From an uncultured delta proteobacterium (GTDB lineage Bacteria > Bdellovibrionota_C > UBA2361 > OMII01): a stretch of DNA of 50,265 nt. The stretch is taken from assembly GCA_903920005.1 (NCBI GenBank), contig CAIXKI010000098.1:1-50265 (forward strand), read 5' to 3'. Positions 21,064 through 30,263 of the stretch are shown here, one piece after another. Within the stretch, counting starts at the first letter, position 1. Each line of letters begins with the position of its first letter. The position numbers and the translations under genes are program-made. Below the pieces are notes generated by a model, which worked only from the letters and a program-made list of their open reading frames with translations, searched no databases and was not told the DNA's origin.

Positions 21064-21930
21064 ATGAAGCGCGAGAAATCAAATTACATGATCCAGTCCG
21101 TGTCTCATGCTCTCGACGTGCTCGAGGAGCTCTGTAAGGCAGCTGGTGAGGTTGGGGTAACCGAGCTTTCGAAGCGCCTCAAGCTTCACAAGAACAACGT
21201 CTTCCGCCTTTTGGCGACCCTCGAGTTGAGGGGGTATGTTGATCAGAACCGCGAGACTGAGGACTACAGACTTGGTGTGAAGGCTCTTCAGATGGGGCAA
21301 TCGTACCTTGCTCAGAGTTCTCTGGTCGGCCGTGGATTGCCTATCGTTAAGGCCCTTTCGGAGGCTATCGGCGAGACAGTGAGTATCGCTGTGCTTCAGG
21401 CCGGAAATGTCCAGTTTCCGATCAGTATTGAGTCGAAGCGTCCAGTGAAGGCTGCTCCTCGTGTTGCGATCTCTTTCCCAGCAAAGATGAACGCAGCAGG
21501 ACGCCTCCTCACAGCGCAGCTCGCTGATACTACGTTGAATGAGATCCTTGCGGGTAACACCGTTCAGGACGTCGCTATCCGTAACCAGCTGGCCGAGCTT
21601 CGGACAGCTGGCCAGATTATCGATCGCGGCGCTATCGAAGCCGACGTGGTGTCGATCTCCAAGATCATTCGCGGAAATAATAATGAGGTAGTAGGAGCTA
21701 TCGAGGTTCTTGTTCCTCAATATCGCGCGAAGATCGACGCTATCATGCCGAAGATTGATGAGGCTGCCGCAGCGCTCTCGATGGCACTTGGCGCATCGAA
21801 GACGGGCCTTGCGACTTCGCTTGAGAAGGAGGTCGTTGCTCCGGCTCAGGGTCAGCAACCGACGACACCTCCTCCGACTGGCATCCAGCCGCAGCCGGGC
21901 GCGGGGGTGGCGACTCGGGTCATGAAGTAA
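21064..21930 (+). CDS. IclR-family transcriptional regulator
   Basis: IQSVSHALDVLE...GVTELSKRLKLHKNNVFRLLATLE.RGYV...YRLG HTH, GETVSIAVL effector domain start, and a Pro/Gln-rich tail. Confidence 0.92.
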   Translation: MKREKSNYMIQSVSHALDVLEELCKAAGEVGVTELSKRLKLHKNNVFRLLATLELRGYVDQNRETEDYRLGVKALQMGQSYLAQSSLVGRGLPIVKALSEAIGETVSIAVLQAGNVQFPISIESKRPVKAAPRVAISFPAKMNAAGRLLTAQLADTTLNEILAGNTVQDVAIRNQLAELRTAGQIIDRGAIEADVVSISKIIRGNNNEVVGAIEVLVPQYRAKIDAIMPKIDEAAAALSMALGASKTGLATSLEKEVVAPAQGQQPTTPPPTGIQPQPGAGVATRVMK

Positions 21931-21948
21931 GCTTACGCCAAGCTTAAT

Positions 21949-21975
21949 GGGCCCCTTAAAGGGGCCCTTTTATTT
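21949..21975 (+). terminator. Rho-independent terminator after the IclR gene
   Basis: GGGCCCCU[UAA]AGGGGCCC followed by UUUUAUUU. Confidence 0.85.
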
Positions 21976-21998
21976 GTGTGAATGCGAGTTAGGTTGTT

Positions 21999-23141
21999 AT
22001 GGTTCCCTTTAGTGGTTTGACATCTGAGCAGGAGACTCTAAGAGAGATCGCCGCTCGATTTGCGGCTGACAAGATTCGTCCCGCGGCTCCTGGCTTAGAT
22101 GAGCGGGCTGAGTTCCCCACTGGGGTTATCAAGGAGGGGCACGGCCTCGGTTTGATCAATTTAACATTGCCTGCTGAGTTGGGTGGTAGTGGACTGAGCC
22201 TGTTCGACGCCTGTCTTGTCATCGAAGAGATCGCGTGGGGATGTTCTGGCTTCGCGACCTCCATGGTAGCGAACGATCTTGCGCTTACGCCGATCGCTAT
22301 AGGAGGAACGGCGGAACAGAAGAAAAAGTTTATTGAACCGATTGTCGCGGGGGGAGCGTTAGCTTCTTTCTGCCTCACTGAGCCCGGTGCCGGTTCGGAT
22401 GCTGCGGGTCTGCAGACAACTGTGGAAGACGGTGGTGATCACTGGATTGTCGATGGTTCTAAGCAATGGATTACAAACGCCGGGCACGCGTCTCAGTTTA
22501 CGGTGTTCGCTACTCACGATAGAGCGAAGCGAGCAAAGGGTATCTCCTGTATCGCTGTTCCGCGTTCCTCGGCGGGCGTTGAGGTTGGGCACCATGAGAA
22601 CAAGATGGGGCAACGGTGTTCAGACACATGTCGTGTGACATTTGATAAGGTCAGGGTTCCTAAGGGGAATATGATCGGGGCTCCGGGTGAGGGGTTCAAG
22701 ATAGCGATGCAGACACTTGACGCGAGTAGGCCACTTACCGCGGCTATCGCGGTTGGAATAGGTCGCGCCGCGTTGGAACACGCGATAGCCTACTCCAAGG
22801 AGCGTAAGCAGTTCGGTGCGGCTATCAGCACCTTTCAAGCTATTCAATTCATGATTGCGGATATGGCGACGGGTGTTGAGGCCTCGCGGTTACTCACTTG
22901 GAGGTCCGCCGCGTTGTACGATCAAGGCCATCCTTCCTCCTTAGTGTCGAGTATGGCGAAGCGCATGAGCGCGGATACCGCAATGAGCGTCGCGACGGAT
23001 GCCGTGCAGATCTTCGGCGGTTATGGCTATACGAAGGAATATCCCGTAGAGAAGCTGATGCGAGACGCAAAGCTTCTGCAGATTTATGAGGGAACGAGTC
23101 AGATTCAGCGCATCGTGATTGGACGCGAGCTGCTTAAATAA
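21999..23141 (+). CDS. Acyl-CoA dehydrogenase
   Basis: FCLTEPGAGSD, GSKQWITN, KMGQR.S.T, R.QFG..I..FQAIQF, and AVQIFGGYGYTKEYPVEKLMRDAKLLQIYEGTSQIQR. Confidence 0.96.
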   Translation: MVPFSGLTSEQETLREIAARFAADKIRPAAPGLDERAEFPTGVIKEGHGLGLINLTLPAELGGSGLSLFDACLVIEEIAWGCSGFATSMVANDLALTPIAIGGTAEQKKKFIEPIVAGGALASFCLTEPGAGSDAAGLQTTVEDGGDHWIVDGSKQWITNAGHASQFTVFATHDRAKRAKGISCIAVPRSSAGVEVGHHENKMGQRCSDTCRVTFDKVRVPKGNMIGAPGEGFKIAMQTLDASRPLTAAIAVGIGRAALEHAIAYSKERKQFGAAISTFQAIQFMIADMATGVEASRLLTWRSAALYDQGHPSSLVSSMAKRMSADTAMSVATDAVQIFGGYGYTKEYPVEKLMRDAKLLQIYEGTSQIQRIVIGRELLK

Positions 23142-23153
23142 TAGAGACGACGT

Positions 23154-23489
23154 ATGCTTGCTACGTTTGATAAAGACGGAGCTCTCGATAGAGTTGATGG
23201 AGATAGTAAGCTCCTCAAGGAGTTAGTTCAGCTCTGCATGGCGCAGTGTCGATCAAAGATCCCGGCGATGGAAGGGATGCTTCGGAACGGGGACCGCGCT
23301 TCGATCGCCTCAAGCGCGCACATCTTGAAGGGAAGTTTGGGAAACGTCGGAGGCGAGGCCGCGTCGGACGCTGCCGCAAAGCTTGAGATTGCGGCGAAGA
23401 ACGAAGATGAGGACCTAGTATCGGACCTTTTGGCTTCGTTAATCGTTGAGGTCGAAGAGTTGTTCGAGGTGTCAGAGAAAGAGCTATAG
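23154..23489 (+). CDS. Stand-alone Hpt (histidine phosphotransfer) protein
   Basis: FD..GALDRVDGD..LL.EL and AHILKGSLGNVG...A...A.KLE. Confidence 0.88.
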   Translation: MLATFDKDGALDRVDGDSKLLKELVQLCMAQCRSKIPAMEGMLRNGDRASIASSAHILKGSLGNVGGEAASDAAAKLEIAAKNEDEDLVSDLLASLIVEVEELFEVSEKEL

Positions 23490-23547
23490 CCGGGGAGGTG
23501 CCGTTATGGTTCCCCGACCTTCTGCCGCTTAGTTCGGCGGTATCATA

Positions 23548-23856
23548 TTACGCTGCTATCGCGGTTGAGATCTGACGGAGGGTCTGCACTCCCTGCGTGG
23601 TAATCTGCCAAATCTTTGAGGTGAAATCTCCCTCTGGGAATGGGGTTACGAGCTTTTGACCCTCAAGGATGAAGAGAAACCGTTGGGTCTCTTTCTCATC
23701 GCGAAGTCCGCTGAGTTCCGCAATCTCATTGATCTGAAGGCGGCGAGGCTCGTTAGCCAAGGGGGCTGTTTCAGGAGCGAGAGCGCTGAGGATCTGGATT
23801 TGGCTTACGGACGAAGGGGAGAGACGCTTCTTTTTTCCACCTTGAGCTGATTCCAT
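23548..23856 (-). CDS. Small hypothetical protein, possible winged-helix DNA-binding fold
   Basis: GGAGG before the ATG. Pattern IQILSAL...INEIAELSGL...RFLFILEGQKLV...WQITTQG. Confidence 0.7.
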   Translation of the reverse strand: MESAQGGKKKRLSPSSVSQIQILSALAPETAPLANEPRRLQINEIAELSGLRDEKETQRFLFILEGQKLVTPFPEGDFTSKIWQITTQGVQTLRQISTAIAA

Positions 23857-24094
23857 TACCGGACCTCCTATACTTCAAAATCGTGTGTGCTTGAACGGTC
23901 CTTGAGTATACGGCTCGTTCCCACAATACGCAAATTTAGTGTCAGAAGAGGATGTCCGTTTGGACTCCAGAGCTCGGCCCGCCGGCACTCCCGGGTAAAA
24001 GATGCAACTTCCCGAAATCAGGGGGCTTCGTTGCCTAAATCGAACCCTTTGTGCCGTTGCTAGTTACCCATGCATACGATACAAAAAGGGCCAT

Positions 24095-24697
24095 ATGGTT
24101 GATACGAAAGAGCAGGTTACGGAGCTTCAGGGTGCGCTATCGCAAGTCTGTGGCGCGGCAATAAAAGAAAGTAGTGTTGAGCTTGGCGATCTTATCGTTA
24201 CGGTTGCGCCAGAAGCGCTGCTGTCAGTCTTGACCTCATGTAAACAGAGCGCCGCGCTAGCATTTAATCTTTTAGTGGATATCACCGCCGTTGATTGGAT
24301 GGACCTCCGTACCGAGCGATTCGAGGTTGTCTATCAACTACTAAGCATCTCGAAGTTGTGGCGTCTGACCATCAAGGTGCAGGTCTCGGAGAATAACCCC
24401 GAAGTCGCCTCTGCGACCCCACTGTGGAAGGGGGCCAACTTCCTTGAGCGTGAAGTGTGGGACATGTTCGGTATTCGATTCGTAGGTCATCCAGACCTTC
24501 GCCGTATCCTTTTGTACGAAGAGTTTGTAGGACACCCGCTGCGAAAAGATTATCCGGTTCAGGGGAAGCAGCCCCGTATACCGTTGCGTGCTCCAGAAGT
24601 TGAAAACACCGCCCGTCGAATGATTCGCCCCGATCTTGTGACGATCCGAACGAAACAGCGCTCTCAAGCCGATGGAGAACAGGCAGTTTCGAAGTAA
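24095..24697 (+). CDS. nuoC: NADH:quinone oxidoreductase subunit C
   Basis: DITAVD, RFEVVYQLLS, and EREVWDMFGIRF.GHPDLRRILL.EEF.GHPLRKDYP. Confidence 0.95.
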   Translation: MVDTKEQVTELQGALSQVCGAAIKESSVELGDLIVTVAPEALLSVLTSCKQSAALAFNLLVDITAVDWMDLRTERFEVVYQLLSISKLWRLTIKVQVSENNPEVASATPLWKGANFLEREVWDMFGIRFVGHPDLRRILLYEEFVGHPLRKDYPVQGKQPRIPLRAPEVENTARRMIRPDLVTIRTKQRSQADGEQAVSK

Positions 24698-24734
24698 TCG
24701 GGCCTATGGAGCCGTTAGAAAAAGAAGAAGATAT

Positions 24735-25988
24735 ATGACAAGTACGAAGCTTCTAGAGGTTGATTTCGGAGTTGGGGGTATTACCACCGACATGAGGCCG
24801 CGTCCTCTTGGGGACGATCTGCACTCCGATACCATGGTCGTTAACCTTGGTCCGGCTCACCCAGCCACTCACGGGACGATTCGAATTGTAGCCGAGATGT
24901 CGGGTGAAAAGATCGTTGATGCCGATGTTGACGTAGGCTATCTCCACCGAGGCTTCGAGAAGATGACGGAGACGGTCGATTATAATCAGGTCATGCCTTA
25001 CACCGATCGTCTTAACTATGTATCCCCGATCATTAACAACTTCGGATGGTGTCACACTATCGAGAAGCTGCTTCAGATTGAGGTTCCAAAGCGTGCGCAG
25101 TACATCCGAGTAATTCTATCGGAGATTTCCCGAGTATCCGATCACCTCACGTGCCTTGGTGCTTCCGCGATGGAGCTTGGAGCGTTCACGGTGATGCTCT
25201 ATATGATGGAAGCTCGTGAGGACCTTTGGGATCTGATCGAAGACGTCACAGGGGCGCGGCTTACGGTATCGTACGGACGAGTCGGCGGAGTAAAAGACGA
25301 TCTCACACCGGATTTCGCGCCGAAGATGCACGCCGCTTTTAAAAAGGTTCGCGACCATTTGGTGAATTGCGATCGGCTCCTTACGCGCAATCGTATCTTT
25401 ATCGATCGAATGTGCGACGTTGCGGTGATGACTGCTGACGAAGCCGTAAGTTATAGCCTCACCGGTCCGATGCTGCGAGGTTCTGGTGTTAATTACGATA
25501 TTCGTAAGGCGTTCCCGTACTCGAGTTACGAAGAGTTCGATTTTGAGGTCCCTCTCGGTTCTAAGGGCGATAACTATGATCGATTTCTCGTGCGTTTTGC
25601 CGAGATGGAGCAGTCTCTTCGTATCTGCGAACAGGCTATGGCTCGGATCCCGGATGGAGCCATCGCGGTGAGCGATCCTCACATTGTGCTCGCGCCAAAA
25701 GATGAGGTGTACAACTCGATCGATGGAATGATCAATCACTTCGAGCTGGTCATGTACGGAGTGAAGCCTCCAAAGGGTTCTGTGTATCATGCCGTTGAGG
25801 GAGCTAATGGAGAGTTGGGCTTCTACGTGGTGTCTGATGGGAGTGGGAAGCCGTATCGAGCGCACGTGCGTGCACCGAGCTTTATTCACATGGGTTCAAT
25901 GAGGAAGATGCTCCTTGGGGCGAATATATCGGACCTCGTGCCAACATTTGGAATGATCAATATGATAGGTGGTGAGTGTGACCGATAG
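24735..25988 (+). CDS. nuoD: NADH:quinone oxidoreductase subunit D
   Basis: NLGPAHPATHG, GYLHRGFEK, YTDRLNY, GPMLRGSG, GELGFY and C-terminal GECDR. Confidence 0.96.
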   Translation: MTSTKLLEVDFGVGGITTDMRPRPLGDDLHSDTMVVNLGPAHPATHGTIRIVAEMSGEKIVDADVDVGYLHRGFEKMTETVDYNQVMPYTDRLNYVSPIINNFGWCHTIEKLLQIEVPKRAQYIRVILSEISRVSDHLTCLGASAMELGAFTVMLYMMEAREDLWDLIEDVTGARLTVSYGRVGGVKDDLTPDFAPKMHAAFKKVRDHLVNCDRLLTRNRIFIDRMCDVAVMTADEAVSYSLTGPMLRGSGVNYDIRKAFPYSSYEEFDFEVPLGSKGDNYDRFLVRFAEMEQSLRICEQAMARIPDGAIAVSDPHIVLAPKDEVYNSIDGMINHFELVMYGVKPPKGSVYHAVEGANGELGFYVVSDGSGKPYRAHVRAPSFIHMGSMRKMLLGANISDLVPTFGMINMIGGECDR

Positions 25989-26604
25989 CGCGCAAGTGTT
26001 TCATATTAGTACGCGGGCGTCTTCGGCTCGTCGTGAACCGCTAACCCTCTCGGATACCGCTGAGAAGCGTGCTCAAGAGGTGATAGTGCAATACCCTCGA
26101 AAGCGTTCTGCTGTAATGCCTCTTCTGTACATCGCTCAAGAGGAGACGAAGTATATTACGCAGCAAGCGGTAGATTGGGTTGCTTCGAAGCTCGATATGC
26201 CACCCGTACAAGTATGGGAGGTCGCGACTTTCTACACGATGTATTACAAGAAGCCGGTCGGGCGTTACCACGTCCAGATCTGCAGAACGCTTCCCTGCGC
26301 TTTGCGTGGCGCGCGAAAAGTGTCTGAGTTCTTTCATCAGCGCCTCGGACTAAATCCCGGGGAGGTTTCCGCTGATGGTATGTGGAGCTTCGAGGAAGTA
26401 GAGTGTCTCGGATCCTGCGGCACCGCGCCGATGTGTCAGATCAATGATGTGTTTTTCGAGAATCTGACTGACGAGAGGATGGAAGGTATCGTGAGTCGTA
26501 TTGAGAAAGAGCAGCCAGATCTTCGCTTCTCCACTACCCGTGATGAGTTGGGAGCAGGGCTTGCAGGGTCCCCAAAGTCTGAAATCATTCAATCAAAGAG
26601 CTAA
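25978..26604 (+). CDS. nuoE: NADH:quinone oxidoreductase subunit E (start approximate)
   Basis: YP.KRSAVMPLL.IAQ, VATFYTMY, and [2Fe-2S] ligands CRTLPC...CLGSC. Confidence 0.94.
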   Translation: MTDSAQVFHISTRASSARREPLTLSDTAEKRAQEVIVQYPRKRSAVMPLLYIAQEETKYITQQAVDWVASKLDMPPVQVWEVATFYTMYYKKPVGRYHVQICRTLPCALRGARKVSEFFHQRLGLNPGEVSADGMWSFEEVECLGSCGTAPMCQINDVFFENLTDERMEGIVSRIEKEQPDLRFSTTRDELGAGLAGSPKSEIIQSKS

Positions 26605-26609
26605 ACACC

Positions 26610-28304
26610 ATGTCTGACGCCGGAGCTCCTAAACAACCCGAACTTGTAAATGTCCTTATCGATGGTAAAGCCACGCAGGTGCCCAAGGGGACTAACGTGA
26701 TTGAAGCCGCTAGGACCATTGGAGTGGATATTCCGCACTACTGTTATCACCCACACCTCTCCATCGCGGGGAATTGCCGCATGTGCCAGGTCCAGGTGAA
26801 GGGGCAGCCGAAGATGACCATAGCGTGTAATACTCCGTGCGCCGAGGGCATGGATGTCGCAACACATCATTCGAGCCAGGATGTAGCGAACGCGCAAGCC
26901 GCGACGCTAGAGTTTATTCTGATCAACCATCCGCTCGATTGCACCGTGTGCGATCAAGCTGGACACTGCAAGCTCCAGGATTATCACTTCGAGTACAATG
27001 CTCGATCGAGCCGCTTCCTTGAGAACAAGGTGCACAAGGTAAAGGCTTTGCCTCTTGGTCCGACGGTAATGTTGGATGGGGAGCGGTGCATCATGTGCAC
27101 ACGGTGCATCCGTTTCTGTGATGAGATTACAGGAACCTCTGAGTTGGGGATGCTTAATCGGGGAGATCAGTCCGTTATCGCGGTAAGTCCTGGGCGAGAG
27201 TTAGACAATCCTCTCTCTGGGTCTGTTGTGGATCTCTGTCCGGTCGGAGCGTTGACTCATCGCGAGTGGCGCTTCAACACTCGCATTTGGTTTACCAAGC
27301 AGACTGAGTCGATCTGTCCTGGGTGTTCAACGGGCTGTAACGTCAAGGTCGCTGAGCGTGACAACGAGGTTGTGCACGTGAAGGGTCGACGAAACGACGC
27401 CGTTAATAAAGAGTGGATGTGTGACGAGGGGCGATACGGGTTTGGTCGATTCCTTCCCAAGAATCGAGTCGTTGAGGCCTACGCGAACACCGCGAGCGGC
27501 GAGAAACGACCAGTGCCCCTGACGGATGTCGTGTCGGGGCTTAAGAACACCCTCAAAACTTTAACGGTGCTTGTAAGCCCAGATCTGACTCTGGAAGAGT
27601 GCTATCTTTTGAAGCAACTTCTGCATCGCACTAGCTCGGTAGGACGAGTGGTGATGCCGAGTTATAAGCGAACGCTTACGAAGGTTCAGGAGATATTGGT
27701 TAGCCCTGACTACGCGAGTAACCTCGCGGGGGCCAAAGCCGTCGGTCTCGTGGGAGAAGATTCTGAAGGCGATTATCGAGATGTTCTCGGAAAGATTCGT
27801 CGTAAGGAGATCGAGAATATCCTGGTGTTAGGTGATAGAGCTATCGCGTCAAGCGATATCGATGACGCCCTCCTTGAAGGTCTTGCGGCAGCTCGAGTGT
27901 CGGTTGGTGTATTAACCGACGCTGATTCGAAGATAGCGAGCGTCATTGGCGCGGTTGCTCCGGGACGAAGCATCCTTGAGAAGTCGGGGCTTCTTGTGAA
28001 TGGCAAGCGTCGCGTTCAGTACACGCAGGCTGTTGTTCAGTTTCCAGATGGCTCGGTGCCTGATTGGAGGTTCCTGGCGCTTGTAGGAGAGGGGGCTGGA
28101 GCAAAGGTTCTCTCTGTTAATCCAAGTGTGGTGGGAGATCGTGAAGTTACTCGTTGGTATCTCGGCGCTGATCCGTTGGTATCGAGTATGGGTCTTACCA
28201 TAGCCCAGATAAAAGATGGTGGTGTGCAGCTCCCAGCGGTATCGAGAGAAGCGCGCGTAGATTCACAGTCTGTTGAGTCAGCGGGAGCGTCCCCAGCGGC
28301 GTAA
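26610..28304 (+). CDS. nuoG: NADH:quinone oxidoreductase subunit G (short form, 564 aa)
   Basis: IPHYCYHP.LS.AGNCRMC, NHPLDC.VCDQAGHC.LQD, CIMCTRCIRFC, CPVGAL and CPGCSTGC...CDEGR. Confidence 0.94.
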   Translation: MSDAGAPKQPELVNVLIDGKATQVPKGTNVIEAARTIGVDIPHYCYHPHLSIAGNCRMCQVQVKGQPKMTIACNTPCAEGMDVATHHSSQDVANAQAATLEFILINHPLDCTVCDQAGHCKLQDYHFEYNARSSRFLENKVHKVKALPLGPTVMLDGERCIMCTRCIRFCDEITGTSELGMLNRGDQSVIAVSPGRELDNPLSGSVVDLCPVGALTHREWRFNTRIWFTKQTESICPGCSTGCNVKVAERDNEVVHVKGRRNDAVNKEWMCDEGRYGFGRFLPKNRVVEAYANTASGEKRPVPLTDVVSGLKNTLKTLTVLVSPDLTLEECYLLKQLLHRTSSVGRVVMPSYKRTLTKVQEILVSPDYASNLAGAKAVGLVGEDSEGDYRDVLGKIRRKEIENILVLGDRAIASSDIDDALLEGLAAARVSVGVLTDADSKIASVIGAVAPGRSILEKSGLLVNGKRRVQYTQAVVQFPDGSVPDWRFLALVGEGAGAKVLSVNPSVVGDREVTRWYLGADPLVSSMGLTIAQIKDGGVQLPAVSREARVDSQSVESAGASPAA

Positions 28305-28310
28305 TATACT

Positions 28311-29408
28311 ATGGTTGAGCTTTTTGTTTTGATTGTGAAGGTTATCTTTGTGATGAACCTGGCACTTGGGCTCGGTTCCCTCTGCACATGGCTTGAGCGA
28401 AAGGGGTCCGCGCTTATTCAAGATCGTGTTGGCGCGAATCGAGCGGGCGCTTTCATCGTATCCGCGAATCCGGTCATAAACGTACTTCTCGCGCCGGTCC
28501 GTATGATGGGATGGCTCGGTGTGATCGGTACCTTCATGTGCGATCCTATGAAGGGCATCTGGAAGGAGGATTTCATTCCTGAAGGGGCCTCAAAGTTTCT
28601 GCACGGTCTTGCGCCGATCGTTGCCGTATTGCCTATTATGTTGGCGTTCGCGGTGCTCCCGTTGGCCCCCGATTTCTACGCATGGGGATATTACATTCAT
28701 CCTAGGGTCGCTCCGATCGACGCAGGGCTCCTTTTTGTTTTGGCAATGGGGTCTGTAGCTGTGTACGGCATAGCGATCGCGGGATGGACTGGCAATAATA
28801 CGTTCTCGCTTCTCGGTTCTCTTCGCGCCGTAGCGCAGATGATCTCTTACGAGCTTCCGATGGGAATGGTCTTTGTTGCTCTGATCGTGGTGTACGGCAC
28901 GCTCGATGTATACAACATTGTTGAGGGGCAGCAGGAGCTGCTTTGGGGAGTGATTCCGAAGTGGGGTATCGTGATGCAGCCCGTTGGCTTCGTCATCCTT
29001 CTTCTGGCGGGAATGGCTGAGACAAAGCGCGGACCATTCGACCTCCCTGAAGCCGAATCTGAGCTGACCGCTGGGTATTTCACGGAGTACTCGGGCATGA
29101 AGTTCCTTCTCTTCTGGTTAGGAGAGTTCGCGGAGATCGCGCTTTTCGCGCTCTTGCTCGCGCTTCTCTTCTTTGGCGGATGGGATATTCCATGGGTAAC
29201 CCTTCCAAAGGGAGTGTGGTGGGCCGCTCTCCTCGGGCACATGGTATTAATGGCGAAGGTCGTCTTCTTCTGTGTGTTGCAGATTGTTATTCGATGGACC
29301 TTGCCGCGATTTCGATACGATCAACTTATGAACTTGGGGTGGAAGATGTTGTTGCCAATCAGCATCGCGAATCTCGTGGTAACGGCGGTAGCCAAGGTGA
29401 TGCTATGA
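28311..29408 (+). CDS. nuoH: NADH:quinone oxidoreductase subunit H
   Basis: WLERK..A.IQDRVG.NR, AQMISYE, AETKRGPFDLPEAESEL.AGY.TEYSG and RWTLPRFRYDQLM.LGWK. Confidence 0.96.
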   Translation: MVELFVLIVKVIFVMNLALGLGSLCTWLERKGSALIQDRVGANRAGAFIVSANPVINVLLAPVRMMGWLGVIGTFMCDPMKGIWKEDFIPEGASKFLHGLAPIVAVLPIMLAFAVLPLAPDFYAWGYYIHPRVAPIDAGLLFVLAMGSVAVYGIAIAGWTGNNTFSLLGSLRAVAQMISYELPMGMVFVALIVVYGTLDVYNIVEGQQELLWGVIPKWGIVMQPVGFVILLLAGMAETKRGPFDLPEAESELTAGYFTEYSGMKFLLFWLGEFAEIALFALLLALLFFGGWDIPWVTLPKGVWWAALLGHMVLMAKVVFFCVLQIVIRWTLPRFRYDQLMNLGWKMLLPISIANLVVTAVAKVML

Positions 29409-29950
29409 GTTTTATAGGTTTCGTACTTTCAGCTGTCGCGGTCGCGTCAGCGCTTGGGGTAGTGATATTCCGCAATCCTCTTACAAGCGCATTCTCGCTG
29501 ATCATTAACCTCCTTGCGATGGCGGGATTATACGCGGCAATGGGAGCGCACTTTCTCGCGGTAACTCAGGTTGTTGTGTACGCCGGGGCCATCATGGTTC
29601 TTGTGCTCTTCGTGTTAATGCTTCTGAACCTGAAGTTTGAGTCGAAGCGTAGATTCGGCATCTTCAGGACCGCTGTAGCTGTTGCGGCGGGCGTTCTCAT
29701 GTTTGCCACTATCGTTCCACCGATTATGGCGCACTTCGATACGCTCTCCACCTTCACTCTGAGTGAAAATATGACGAAGTCTGAGGGAAGCGTTAAAGCG
29801 ATTGGCACAGAGCTGTACGGCAGATACATGGTTCAGTTTGAGCTTTCGTCCCTCGTGCTCCTGATTGGAGTTGTTGGCGCGGTAATGCTCGCAAAGAGAA
29901 AGACATCGCAGATAGGCCCGCGAGATGGTGCCGCTGGAGGAGCGCAATAA
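29405..29950 (+). CDS. nuoJ: NADH:quinone oxidoreductase subunit J
   Basis: ATGA overlap with nuo[26 protein letters not shown] and IG.ELY..Y...FEL. Confidence 0.93.
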   Translation: MSFIGFVLSAVAVASALGVVIFRNPLTSAFSLIINLLAMAGLYAAMGAHFLAVTQVVVYAGAIMVLVLFVLMLLNLKFESKRRFGIFRTAVAVAAGVLMFATIVPPIMAHFDTLSTFTLSENMTKSEGSVKAIGTELYGRYMVQFELSSLVLLIGVVGAVMLAKRKTSQIGPRDGAAGGAQ

Positions 29951-30252
29951 TGGAACCCGTTATCTCATACATAGGTCTCTCCGCTCTGCTTTTTACCATC
30001 GGGGGGATAGGATTGTGCCTCCGGCGTAATGCGATCGTTCTCTTCATGTGCGTGGAGATGATGCTTAACGCTGTCAATCTCGCCTTCGTTACCTTCAGTA
30101 AGTTAGTGGGGAATCTTGATGGGCAGGTGGCGGTGTTTTTCGTAATGGTTATCGCCGCGGCTGAATCGGCCATCGGACTAGCGATTATCTTATCGGTTTT
30201 CCGAAGTGTCGCTTCGATCGAGACGACAGATTCGGCAGAGCTTAAGTGGTAG
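29950..30252 (+). CDS. nuoK: NADH:quinone oxidoreductase subunit K
   Basis: [20 protein letters not shown] and [19 protein letters not shown]. Confidence 0.96.
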   Translation: MEPVISYIGLSALLFTIGGIGLCLRRNAIVLFMCVEMMLNAVNLAFVTFSKLVGNLDGQVAVFFVMVIAAAESAIGLAIILSVFRSVASIETTDSAELKW

Positions 30253-30263
30253 GGAATAGAGAC

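Noticed and set aside
21079-21858. 259-aa antisense ORF within the IclR gene (likewise 25116-25889 within nuoD)
   Set aside because: Fully antisense to confidently identified genes, typical of shadow ORFs.
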